Source: an uncultured delta proteobacterium
GTDB lineage: Bacteria; Desulfobacterota; Binatia; Binatales; Binataceae
Assembly: GCA_963842085.1 (NCBI GenBank)
Contig: CAWJET010000001.1
Location: forward strand, 1,600,001 to 1,664,000
DNA length: 64,000 nucleotides
Reading direction: 5' to 3'
Notes under the pieces: model-generated
Database searches by the model: none
Seen by the model: the letters and a program-made list of their open reading frames with translations, nothing else
What the model was told of the DNA's origin: nothing
Position numbers and translations under genes: made by a program
In this document: positions 42,492 to 51,724 of the stretch, piece after piece
Numbering within the stretch: the stretch's first letter is position 1
Layout: every line of letters starts with the position of its first letter

Positions 42492-42989
42492 CTAGAATCT
42501 GGGAACCAGCTTTCTGGACTTGGCCCGGTTGCAGCGTCGGCACAGGGTTTGAAGATTCGATTCTTCGGTCTTGCCGCCCTTGCTGACCGGGACAATGTGA
42601 TCCATTTCCAGCAGGATCGCCCTCCGGCACTTTCGACATCGCCCGCCGTCGCGCACCAGCACTGTCGCCCGCATGCTGTCCGGTACGCGACGGTTCGCCA
42701 CGCGGTCCTGCCAGCTCGGCCTTTCCACCGCATCGAAGTCGACGAAGTCTGCGAACGCGCTCAAATCTAAAGGCTCGGTGGCGCCGATCAGACACTCCAA
42801 CTTTACGGGATTGTTGGGCAGGAGATTGTTCATGCGCGCCGAGAGCAGCAGCAGACAGATCAGGTGAGCCTTGCGGGCGTCGGGAAGCTGACGGAAACGG
42901 ACGTCGTTCAACAGATCGTAGGGCAGCCTGATCTCTCTGCGGGTGCGCTCGAACTGGCGGAAATTGTGAAAGCCGAAGAATTCCTGCAT
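42492..42989 (-). CDS. HNH endonuclease with an N-terminal phage replication-protein-like domain
   Basis: RDGGRCRKC...EMDHIVPVSKGG...NLQTLCRRCNRAK. Confidence 0.9.
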   Translation of the reverse strand: MQEFFGFHNFRQFERTRREIRLPYDLLNDVRFRQLPDARKAHLICLLLLSARMNNLLPNNPVKLECLIGATEPLDLSAFADFVDFDAVERPSWQDRVANRRVPDSMRATVLVRDGGRCRKCRRAILLEMDHIVPVSKGGKTEESNLQTLCRRCNRAKSRKLVPRF

Positions 42990-42996
42990 GACTGGT

Positions 42997-43875
42997 CTAT
43001 TGCTGGTTGGCCTCGATGAAGTTGATCTTTACGACCGCGACCGGCGGTTTTCGGTAGGGTTCGAGGTTGACGCCGCGGAGCTCCGGCACAGCAGCGTAAT
43101 CGACCGCGCCCTTGCGCGAGCTCTTCAGGACTTCGACGCCACAGCCATAAGTCCGCCGCGCCGTCGCCATGCACCGGAGCATTGCGCGCAGTCTTTGCTC
43201 CTCGGCTGCTGCGTTCTCCAGCCGGAGCCTGACTTCACGGTAACGCAGCGCGGCGTGACGCCATTTTGGCTCCGCGCTCAGATCCAGTTCCTCGTTGGCC
43301 AATTCGGGCCAGCGGTTTTCCTGCACCAGCTGCCAGAACGCGGCCTCTGCCTCTACCAGACGCTTCGCGTATTCCCGGTCGGGGCGTATTTCGACCAAGA
43401 CTCCGTCGGTCCCGTGGAAGGACCAGTAATGCGCCTGCTCTGCTCCGGAGACCTTCAGTTGATGCTGTAGTTGCGCATAGTACTGGGAGGGGATGCGACC
43501 TTGCTGTGCTGATAAACGATCTCCGAATCTGAGCGGGCACTTAATCTCCAGCAGTATGGAACCGTCGAAGCTGAGACCATCCAACGACGCCCGCATCCAC
43601 TCGAACTCCCCGTGGACCAGACACAGTGGCTCCATCTGGATTCCTGTTTGTCGCTCGTACGCCTTACGCGCGAAGCGCTCCATTTCGCGACCGCGTCGCG
43701 CTGCTGGACCCGCCGCAGCTTCCTGCATCAGCCCGGTTTTTATCGACCACAGCATTCTCGGGGTCTTGAACGCAGTCTCGCCCATGATCACCGGAGCGTC
43801 GCTGGCTCCAATCCCCTGCGTGCGCCAACGATGCCACTCGGGGGTGTTCTGATGCAGCGGCTCAATCCGGGGCAT
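42997..43875 (-). CDS. YqaJ / lambda-exonuclease family 5'-3' exonuclease
   Basis: WHRWRTQGIGASD, ASLDG, LEIKCP, YYAQLQHQL. Confidence 0.95.
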   Translation of the reverse strand: MPRIEPLHQNTPEWHRWRTQGIGASDAPVIMGETAFKTPRMLWSIKTGLMQEAAAGPAARRGREMERFARKAYERQTGIQMEPLCLVHGEFEWMRASLDGLSFDGSILLEIKCPLRFGDRLSAQQGRIPSQYYAQLQHQLKVSGAEQAHYWSFHGTDGVLVEIRPDREYAKRLVEAEAAFWQLVQENRWPELANEELDLSAEPKWRHAALRYREVRLRLENAAAEEQRLRAMLRCMATARRTYGCGVEVLKSSRKGAVDYAAVPELRGVNLEPYRKPPVAVVKINFIEANQQ

Positions 43876-44971
43876 GAACCGTCTCCTGATTGCCGCGTTT
43901 GGCCAGTTTGCGATTGAGCACTTCGACCGCGCGCCGGTAGGTCGTTTCGGTCATTTCGCCCAGTGAAGCGACCTTGTAGTAGGCCAGCACCCGTTCGAGA
44001 TCAGTATTGGTGTCGTTGATCAGTTGCTCGAGTTCGCGAACCTCTTCGGCATTGATCGGGCGAGGGGAATTGGGCGTGGCGCAGCGACCATCCGCCCGTT
44101 CGTCTTCCGGGTCGTCGCCGGTGGCCAACAGAAACGATTGCAGCAGCGCGTACTTCAACGCCCCAGTCATCGCCTTGTAGGGCGCCTTGTCGCCCGGATC
44201 GAGTCCCTGGCCCGCGACCTTGGCGATCACTTCTTCGCCGCTGTCGACGTCGGCGAAGGTGTAGGCCATCACGACCCGCGCCATACGCGTGGTCTCGCCG
44301 CGACCCGTCGCCGACTCGTATTCGATATTCTCGAGGCACGGGATCACGACCACGCCCAGCTCGGAGAGGAGGTCGCCGACCGAGCCGGCGATGTCGGCGG
44401 CGGTAACGTAACTGTAGTTGAAACGCTCGTTGTGACCGCGCTTCTGGACGTAGCCGATGCGGCGGCGAACTTCGGCGAGCTTCTGCCGGAGGTTCAGCCG
44501 CACCGGATCTTCGGGAGCGGCGCCGTTGAAAGTCGAGGCGCTCGTCTCGACGGCAGCGGGTGCTTCCGCCGGGCGCGCGTCGGGCTTTGCAGTCACGACC
44601 TGCAACGCTTGCTGCTTACTCCTGCTGCTTCGATTCTTTTTCAAGAGCCGCTTGGCGCCGCTTCTTTTTCCGTTCGCCTGCCCTTCCTTCAGCGAAGCCT
44701 CGAGCAGCACCTCGAGCTCGGTCTTCTCCCGCTCCGCCAGATGCTCGACCGCGATCGGCTTCGTCTCGCCCTTGTCCGCTAGCTGATAGACCTTTCCTTC
44801 TTCGTCCACGTAAATTCCCTCCTGTTGATTGATGCTCGTTACCGGTCGGCCGAGCAGTATATGGACTTCTTCGTGGTTTGCTGTACTGACCGGAAACCAC
44901 TTTTTTGGTTCGGTTCCGCTTTCGAGGAGCACACAAAGAAATCGGTCGCGATAGTCCAAGCTAGCCTTCAT
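43862..44971 (-). CDS. ERF-family single-strand annealing protein with an N-terminal ~100-aa unknown domain
   Basis: VQKRGHN..FNYSY, DPGDKAPYKAMTGALKYALLQSF...DDPE. Confidence 0.9.
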   Translation of the reverse strand: MKASLDYRDRFLCVLLESGTEPKKWFPVSTANHEEVHILLGRPVTSINQQEGIYVDEEGKVYQLADKGETKPIAVEHLAEREKTELEVLLEASLKEGQANGKRSGAKRLLKKNRSSRSKQQALQVVTAKPDARPAEAPAAVETSASTFNGAAPEDPVRLNLRQKLAEVRRRIGYVQKRGHNERFNYSYVTAADIAGSVGDLLSELGVVVIPCLENIEYESATGRGETTRMARVVMAYTFADVDSGEEVIAKVAGQGLDPGDKAPYKAMTGALKYALLQSFLLATGDDPEDERADGRCATPNSPRPINAEEVRELEQLINDTNTDLERVLAYYKVASLGEMTETTYRRAVEVLNRKLAKRGNQETVHAPD

Positions 44972-45076
44972 TTCGCCTCCGGCGTGATGCGCCTTCTTCC
45001 TCGACGATTGGCGTCGTTTCCGAATCCTGTTCTTACGCTCTGCTATATTACTAGAAGGTACACTACGAAGGAATAC

Positions 45077-45670
45077 CTAAAAGGAATATGGTGCAACGAA
45101 GATCGGCGGAGGGGAGAACGTGGCCAAGGTCAGGCTGTGGGGTTTCCGTTGCGAGCGGTGCGGGCACAAATGGTTGCCGCGAGAAACCGGCAAAGAACCG
45201 CGAGTTTGTCCCCGCTGTAAATCTCCGTACTGGAACCGGCCCAGGAGGAATCCGAAACCGGCCGGCAGATGATACTCTGTTGGATGAACAACGGTCACTG
45301 CGCTTCGGCCGTTGTTTCGCATCTCCCGATGCGCCCCCCTCGAATCTGCGTTTGGTTCGTGCTCCTTCCCGCCTTTCAACGAAGCCTCCAGTAGCACCTC
45401 GAGTTCGGTTTTCTCCCTCCCCGGAAGATGCTCGACCGCTATTGGCTTCGTCTCGCCCTTGTCCGCCAGCTGAAAACCGTTCCCTTCTTCGTCCACGTAA
45501 ATTCCCTCCTGCAGATTGACGCTCGTGACCGGTCGGCCGTGGAGCGTTTGGGCTTCGGCGTAGTCCGCCTTGCGGACCGGAAGCCACTTCGGCGGCGCCC
45601 CGGTCGTACCGTCCTTTTCTTCGACGACATAGAGAAAATCGTCCCTGTACTCGAGGGTTGTCTTCATCAT
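45077..45670 (-). CDS. Stand-alone paralog of the ERF N-terminal domain (3' part doubtful)
   Basis: GGAGG RBS; shares GRPVTS.N.QEGIYVDEEG..QLADKGETKPIAVEHL..REKTELEVLLEASLK with the ERF gene. Confidence 0.75.
   Translation of the reverse strand: MMKTTLEYRDDFLYVVEEKDGTTGAPPKWLPVRKADYAEAQTLHGRPVTSVNLQEGIYVDEEGNGFQLADKGETKPIAVEHLPGREKTELEVLLEASLKGGKEHEPNADSRGAHREMRNNGRSAVTVVHPTEYHLPAGFGFLLGRFQYGDLQRGQTRGSLPVSRGNHLCPHRSQRKPHSLTLATFSPPPIFVAPYSF
45120..45272 (+). CDS. 50-aa zinc-ribbon protein (absent from the ORF track)
   Basis: GGAGGGGAG RBS and GTG start; MAKVRLWGFRCERCGHKWLPRETGKEPRVCPRCKSPYWNRPRRNPKPAGR. Confidence 0.85.
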   Translation: MAKVRLWGFRCERCGHKWLPRETGKEPRVCPRCKSPYWNRPRRNPKPAGR

Positions 45671-45979
45671 GCTGCCTCCATTGCGAATTTATTGAACGCT
45701 GGCTGTTCTCGGCGGCGCCAACTCTAATTACTCAAAGTTCAGCTGAGTTTCTCGTGGCTCTTCTTTAGTCTTGTCTGAACCATCGCACCGATTTGCGCCG
45801 GGTAATGTTAAATATATAGGACATTCGGCTTTGAATCAAGTGGCGATTTACGGTAGATTTCATGAATGAATTTGGGTATGAGCAACTGTGGCGCACGCCA
45901 CGGCGATATTAATTGTCCTATGTATGCTACTATTTCAGTTTCTGGAAGTTCAAAGCAGCATTTGAGTATCATCGAAGTG

Positions 45980-46264
45980 ATGCCTAAACTGCCCTCCATG
46001 GGTCGGAAGAAAATCTCTGCTCGACCTACAGGTAAACGGGCGGAGAAGCCCAATATGGTGGCTGCCGCTGTCGAGCTCGCTGGCGGCGCGGCCGCAGTGG
46101 GTAAGCTATGCGGAGTTCGCCGGCAGTCCGTCTATTGGTGGATTAAAGAATGGAAGGTGGAGAGGCTGGTCGATGCCCTGAAGCTATCGCGTGCTTCAGG
46201 AATCCCAGTTGAAAAGTTTGCTGGCGAGATCGTCGACGCGGAACAGCTCAAGGAAATAAAATGA
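45980..46264 (+). CDS. Cro-like HTH protein
   Basis: AVELAGGAAAVGKLCGVRRQSVYWW...ALKLSRASGIPVE; divergent from the ERF operon; start uncertain. Confidence 0.75.
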   Translation: MPKLPSMGRKKISARPTGKRAEKPNMVAAAVELAGGAAAVGKLCGVRRQSVYWWIKEWKVERLVDALKLSRASGIPVEKFAGEIVDAEQLKEIK

Positions 46265-46394
46265 CCATTGCCCGCCGATTCCTCGCCAGGTCACTTTGCT
46301 GACAAGCGTTCCAGGACCTTCGGTCGCAACTGTTACGTATATCCGTGTAGTAACACGTCGTGGTCGCGTGCGGTTGTGGATCTAGAGGCCTTAG

Positions 46395-47571
46395 GGAACC
46401 TCTGCACAGGTCGTCATACAGCGGCAGTTCGATATAGTAATGAGAGCTAAGAGCAGGAACGGCAGCAGCGCGTTGGGGTTGATCGTTGCTGGGAAGCGAT
46501 TAGGAGCATTGGGGAGCTGCTCGATCTTCTTCACAACCCGCAACTGGTCCCGACCGGGATCAACCGATACCGGACCCGGTAGAGATTGGCCAGCGCGAAC
46601 ATGGTCTGCGCCCGAGCCAGATTCTTGGCCAGCCCGCGATATCTCACCTTGCTGAAGCCCCACAACTGCTTGAGCACGCGGAAGGCATGCTCGCCGCAAG
46701 CGCGGGTGCGCGAACGCACCCGGTTGATCATCCGCCAGCGCTCGCTCAACGGGTGCCGGGGGGTAGGACGGCGATTGATCCGATAATGTATTCCCCGCGA
46801 CTCAAGGAACCTGCGGTCGTCTTCTTTCCAATACGCCTGGTCGCCGAACACCTCGCTTTCGTACCCGTGCAGCAGCTCCGGCAGCTGGGTGACATCGGCG
46901 ACCGCGGCGTCGGTCGCTCTTACGCTGTGGACGATGCCGCGCTTGTCTGCACCGATGTGCAGTTTCATCCCGAAGTGCCAGTTCCTGCCCTTGCGAGTCT
47001 GCTTCATCTCAGGGTCGCGCGTCCCACTGGCGTTCTTGGTGGGAACTGGGCGCTGCGATGATGGTCGCGTCCACAATCGTTCCCGAGCGCAGCAACAGGC
47101 CGCGGGCCTCGAGCAGGCCGCCGATCGCGTCGAAGATCGCTTTGGTAAGGTCGTGCCTTTCCAGCAGATGGCGAAAGCGCAGAATGGTGGTCTCATCCGG
47201 CACCACGTCGTCGCCCAGCTCCACCCGCGCAAACCGGCGCATCGACTCGCTGTCGTAGATCGCGTCCTCGGCCTGCGGGTCGGAGAGATTGAACCACTGC
47301 TGCAGGAAGTAGATGCGCAGCATCTTCTCCAGCCCCAGCGGCTGGCGGCCGTTGCCCGCTGTGGGATAGTGCGGCTCGATCAGCCGCAGCAGCCGCGCCC
47401 AAGGGATCACCGCGTCCATCTCGGCCAGAAACCGCTCGCGCCGGGTCACCTTGCCCTTCGCACTCCACGCCACCGAAGCAAACGTCTGCTGGCTACCCAT
47501 CACCGCACCTCCGCATCCGTCGATCGTCTGGTTCCTTTGTACACCAATCGATCAACTTGTGCAGAGGTTCC
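46395..47571 (-). mobile_element. IS5-family insertion sequence, 1177 bp
   Basis: Terminal IRs GGAACCTCTGCACA / TGTGCAGAGGTTCC; TTAG duplicated at 46391-46394 and 47572-47575. Confidence 0.96.
46531..47503 (-). pseudogene. IS5 transposase with a +1 frameshift near 47042
   Basis: PDETTILRFR, VDATIIAAPSS / TKNASG.RDPEM, HFGMKLHIG split between two frames. Confidence 0.9.
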
Positions 47572-47773
47572 TTAGCGGCGAGTCCTTTCCATGTAAGGGT
47601 TCGGGCAAAAGCGATTGCCAGGCGCACGGCGGTGGTCCATCGCCGCTCGTGCGGAACGTTAAGAGCGCCCTCGAGGAGCATCCGATCTTCCCTTGCGCTC
47701 GAAAATGACTTCCAGATAGTCGCCTTCGGCGTCGCATCAGACCTTTACGTCTTTGCGCTAGATACCAGCCTCT

Positions 47774-48079
47774 TCAGGATTTCGCTCGTAGCCGGCGCTT
47801 CCAATAATCCGGCCGGCGGCGCAGGTGCATGACGGCGATCACAGACAGTTCCTCCGGACCGGACTGATACAAAATCGCAAACGGGAAGCGCTGGACGAGC
47901 CGGCGCCGGATCGTTCCCGTAAACAAGCTCCCGGCTTCGGGATTGGCGACGATCTGCGCCAACGTGTGCTCCACTTGCCGGATGAAATCCCCACCCAGGC
48001 CGCTGGCGCGCGCTTCGTAAAATTTGGTTGATTCGATGAGTTCACGTTCGCACAAGGGGTGAAAAACGACCCTGGTCAC
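47774..48079 (-). CDS. RelE/ParE-family toxin
   Basis: VVFHP...RFPFAILY...VIAVMHLRRRPDYW; GTG overlaps the antitoxin stop. Confidence 0.9.
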   Translation of the reverse strand: MTRVVFHPLCERELIESTKFYEARASGLGGDFIRQVEHTLAQIVANPEAGSLFTGTIRRRLVQRFPFAILYQSGPEELSVIAVMHLRRRPDYWKRRLRAKS

Positions 48080-48309
48080 CGAAGCGCCGCACGCGCCTTC
48101 CTGAGCGCTTTCTCGGCAGGAATTCCCTTGAGCCTGCCGCTGGCGATCTCTTCCGCGCGCCGCTCTGCCTCGGCAGCCCATAATCTTTCGGCATCCGGCT
48201 CGGCAGGTTCCTCCTCCAGGCTTGCGAGCAATCGTTCGGCCAGCCGCGCGCGCGAACGAGCGGGAAGCCTCATGGCCTGATCTTCAAGCTTCTTGAGTAC
48301 AGCGGGCAT
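48076..48309 (-). CDS. Addiction-module antitoxin
   Basis: LPARSRARLAERLLASL...WAAEAERRAEEI; GGAGG RBS. Confidence 0.9.
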   Translation of the reverse strand: MPAVLKKLEDQAMRLPARSRARLAERLLASLEEEPAEPDAERLWAAEAERRAEEIASGRLKGIPAEKALRKARAALR

Positions 48310-48686
48310 GGTTCACCTCCTCGTTAATTGTTCGGGTTGATCATACCAGGCTTCGATGCGGCTGCCGCACATCGAACCCCATCTTGCAACTGCTTGCCGG
48401 ACCGCCTTACCGGCGGTTCGCTCGCCATATTCATGCTGACGTTTTTCGCAACCTTCTTGGAGAGGTCGCGCGTCCGCATGATCTCCGCGCGAATCTCGCC
48501 GGCCGAGACCCCCCCATGCCGCTGGCGGGCCGCGCCGAGCCATGTCGGCGCGGTGCAGGTCGCCGCCATAACGTGGATCAACCGGCCGACTCCGAACAGC
48601 CCTCAGCAAACCTCGCGCGCGGCCGCATGCCGAGAATTGATTTGTTGGAGAATGGCGCACGATCACAACTTGATTTCAGCAGCCAA

Positions 48687-49361
48687 CTATATTCTTCCCC
48701 CTCGCCAAATCACCTTACCCACCAAGATTCGATCAACCTCCGTCGCCTCCAGTTCCTCCGAAATTCCCGAACCGGTAACCACGAAACCCCGCTTGAGCCC
48801 AACTTGAACGCGTCTTATGGCCAGCCCCGTCGGTGCGGAAAATACATACAACCCCTCACCACGCGGCAATCTCTTGCCCGCGGACCGGTCCACCAATAAC
48901 AAATCCTGCGTTCTGATTTCGGTTGGAAGATCTCGGTCGGCCTCCAAAAGGAAGAGCTGCTCGGGTTCGCGGATACCGAGCGCCCGTTCGAGCCACGAGC
49001 GGCTGAACGGAAGAAGTGCGCGAATCTGCTCCATGTGCAGCGCCGCATGGATGTCGCGCAGTTCGACCATGGCCACATCGGCGAACGTCGCGCCCGGCGG
49101 CTGTCCGGCGGCTCTCATTTCACCCTGGCCCGTTGCCAGCCAGTCGACCGACACGTTGGCGGCGCGCGCGAGCTTAATCAGAATGTCGCTCCGCGGAGGA
49201 AGTTCTTGACGCGCATATTGCTGCAGGGTTGACTCCGGAACCCCCGAGGCCTTGGCTAGCCGGTACCGGCTGCCGAACTCCTTGACGAGCAGCGCGAAAC
49301 GAGCGGCAAACGAGCCGCGCTTTTGTTTGCCCCGACTACGACGTCGGCCGTTGTTTGACAT
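48687..49361 (-). CDS. cI/XRE-like repressor with a degenerate S24 domain
   Basis: LAKASGVPESTLQQY...VSVDWLATGQG; DLLLVD, GLYVF, LVGKVIW. Confidence 0.85.
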   Translation of the reverse strand: MSNNGRRRSRGKQKRGSFAARFALLVKEFGSRYRLAKASGVPESTLQQYARQELPPRSDILIKLARAANVSVDWLATGQGEMRAAGQPPGATFADVAMVELRDIHAALHMEQIRALLPFSRSWLERALGIREPEQLFLLEADRDLPTEIRTQDLLLVDRSAGKRLPRGEGLYVFSAPTGLAIRRVQVGLKRGFVVTGSGISEELEATEVDRILVGKVIWRGGRI

Positions 49362-49393
49362 AGCTACGATATCCGTGGTACTTTGAGTAAAGA

Positions 49394-49612
49394 ATGGCCC
49401 GACTCTTCAAATCGCTGCAAAAGACTTCAAGGGAGGCAACGCAAGTGGCAACGCTACGACAAATTGGAAAGACCCGCAATCCGGCGAATTTCGAAAAGGT
49501 CGCAGAGAAGCTTCAGGCTGCCGTCATCGACGCGGTTGCCATTTTGCGCGCGGCCCTGTTCGACGGTTTGCCGTTGACACCGATCCACGCCGCCGTGACC
49601 GTCCGTCTTTAG
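49394..49612 (+). CDS. Small hypothetical protein divergent from the repressor
   Basis: ATG ORF with helical character; supported by position only. Confidence 0.4.
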   Translation: MARLFKSLQKTSREATQVATLRQIGKTRNPANFEKVAEKLQAAVIDAVAILRAALFDGLPLTPIHAAVTVRL

Positions 49613-49716
49613 AGTCTCGTTGCGGCACTGGACCTGAAGCCATCAGGCGGAAAGTCGGCTGCCGACGAAAGGCCCGATTCTGTCATCGATGAACACCGCA
49701 GAGAAGGTACCGACCC

Positions 49717-50700
49717 ATGGTCGTAGGTGAACCGCCAACAGGGGAAAGTCAATCTCCGCTAACCAAGGACGCCGATACTTCGCCAGCACCGCGGCGCACC
49801 TCCGTCAAGCAAATCGAGGCCAACCGGAGAAACGCGCTTCACTCAACCGGACCGACCACGCCTGAGGGTAAGCGGGCCTCGCGACTCAACGCCCTGACGC
49901 ACGGCTTGCGGGCGAAGAAGGTGATAATTCCCGGGGAGGAAAATCCCGCAGAGCTGGAAGCGTTATTAAGAGAACTCTTTGAGGATTGGAAGCCTGAGGG
50001 TCACACGGAGCGCCACCTGGTCGAGCAAATTGGACTGGCGGAATGGCGGCTGCGGCGGGTGCACCGCGCCGAACTCGGCGAAACTCGAACGCAAATGTCG
50101 AGCACAATGGTGAGCAATGCCAAAGCCGAGATCGATCACGCGTTTAGGCATTTCCCCGAGCGCGTGCCGCAAATCTTGAGAAAAAGCAGCGCAGGGATCC
50201 CTTATCTGCGGGACGCAATCGACGAGGCCGTCTACGAACTCGAAAAGGAGGGTACAGTTTCCGAGGATAGCTGCGACCGGCTCGAGGAAGTATTTGGAGA
50301 CGAACTACAAAGTCCCGCCTCGGCGCTCAGGTTTTGGTTTCTTGGGGAAATCCCGGAGGTGTTAAAGGAGGCTTTGGATAGTGTCGGCGAGCCAACGGCT
50401 ACGGCCGACAAGGGCGATTCCGACACGAAGGAAATTGCACGCAATTACTTGGGGACGATGCTCAAGGATCTGGATCGCCAGGAACGAAAGCTGCGTAAAC
50501 AGGAAAGAATCGCTCTTGAGATCGCCCGACAACGGCTGAGCATTCCCCAAGGCCTCGAACTCGAACGCATCCAGCGCTACGAGACCGCAATTAAGCGCGA
50601 AATGCGCCGTGACATCGATCAACTCGAGCGTCTGCAGCGCCGGCGGATAGGTGAGCCGCTGCCGCCGACCGTGAACGTGAACGTGTCGAAAGACGAATGA
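49717..50700 (+). CDS. Conserved-type hypothetical helical protein
   Basis: TSVKQIEANRRNALHSTGPTTPEGKRASRLNALTHGL and IQRYETAI motifs of a common uncharacterised family. Confidence 0.8.
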   Translation: MVVGEPPTGESQSPLTKDADTSPAPRRTSVKQIEANRRNALHSTGPTTPEGKRASRLNALTHGLRAKKVIIPGEENPAELEALLRELFEDWKPEGHTERHLVEQIGLAEWRLRRVHRAELGETRTQMSSTMVSNAKAEIDHAFRHFPERVPQILRKSSAGIPYLRDAIDEAVYELEKEGTVSEDSCDRLEEVFGDELQSPASALRFWFLGEIPEVLKEALDSVGEPTATADKGDSDTKEIARNYLGTMLKDLDRQERKLRKQERIALEIARQRLSIPQGLELERIQRYETAIKREMRRDIDQLERLQRRRIGEPLPPTVNVNVSKDE

Positions 50701-51077
50701 GTCTGCGCTCGCACAACCTGCTGGCACACGAGAAATCGAAACCTCCGTCGCATAGGCCGACTGATGGGCGTGCCGAAGAAGGGTTCGGTTGCGCCGAAGA
50801 TAACAGAACGTTGTTTGATTTAGATGCCGACGACGAGCGCAAAGGGCCGGCGAAGAATTCTCTGCTTTTTGCCGAACGAACCCATTTCCAATGCAAATGA
50901 GCGAGCCCTAGCCAAAGTGGCGCAGGATATTGTCGCTATACGAGAAGACAGCCAGCTTGTTTGTGCGCCAACGCGCAGCGGCAAGGGACCGTTGGCAGGC
51001 CGTCCTCCGTTTGAGCGGCCCGAACCTGGCTTGAAACTTTTCTGGCAACCTGCAATCATCTTACTGGCAATCTTACC

Positions 51078-51332
51078 ATGACTCAGACGACGAAATTGTC
51101 TACCAAGGGCCAGGTCGTTCTTCCCAAATCGCTCAGGACGTCCCGTCGATGGAAGCCCGGCACTGAATTCATCATCCAGGACCGGGAGGAGGGCATTTTG
51201 CTCAAGCCGAAAACCGGGGGCGCGTCGCGGACTTGGGAGTCGATCATCGGCTGCCTCTCTTATGCTGGTTCGCGCAAGAGCGTAAGGGAAATGGATGAGG
51301 CGGTGGCGGCTGAGGCACGGTCGCGCAAATGA
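51078..51332 (+). CDS. AbrB/MazE-fold antitoxin
   Basis: TKLSTKGQVVLPKSLR...WKPG. Confidence 0.92.
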   Translation: MTQTTKLSTKGQVVLPKSLRTSRRWKPGTEFIIQDREEGILLKPKTGGASRTWESIIGCLSYAGSRKSVREMDEAVAAEARSRK

Positions 51333-51724
51333 TGACGGCGCTCGATACGAATGTGCTTGTCCGCATCATAACCAACGACGATAGAGCTCAGGCGACTCGG
51401 GCCGCGCGGTTTCTGCGTGAGCAGGAGAGAGTTTTTGTCTCAAAGACAGTTCTACTCGAACTGGAGTGGGTTCTACGGAGCGCCTATAAGGTCGGGCCAA
51501 ATGCTATTATTTCCGCATTCCGCGGCGTCCTGAGTGTGTTCAATGTCGAAGTTGAAGACGAAGCGGTAGCGAGGCAAGCCATCGAATGGTACGAGAAGGG
51601 CATGGACTTTGCGGACGCCCTGCACGTCGCTTCCGCCGGTCGCAAGCGAAAGTTCGCTACATTTGACAATCGGTTGCGTCAGAAAGTTCGGCGTCTCGGG
51701 CTGGGTGAATTAGCAGAAATCTGA
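51329..51724 (+). CDS. vapC: VapC PIN-domain toxin
   Basis: LDTNVLVR, ELEWVL, DFADALH, TFD. Confidence 0.93.
   Translation: MMTALDTNVLVRIITNDDRAQATRAARFLREQERVFVSKTVLLELEWVLRSAYKVGPNAIISAFRGVLSVFNVEVEDEAVARQAIEWYEKGMDFADALHVASAGRKRKFATFDNRLRQKVRRLGLGELAEI

Noticed and set aside
42490-42795. N-terminal extension of the ATPase ORF
   Set aside because: Overlaps the HNH gene out of frame; ATG 42489 fits translational coupling.
45786-45813. taatgttaaat, similar to the XerD arm of dif
   Set aside because: No XerC arm at the right spacing.
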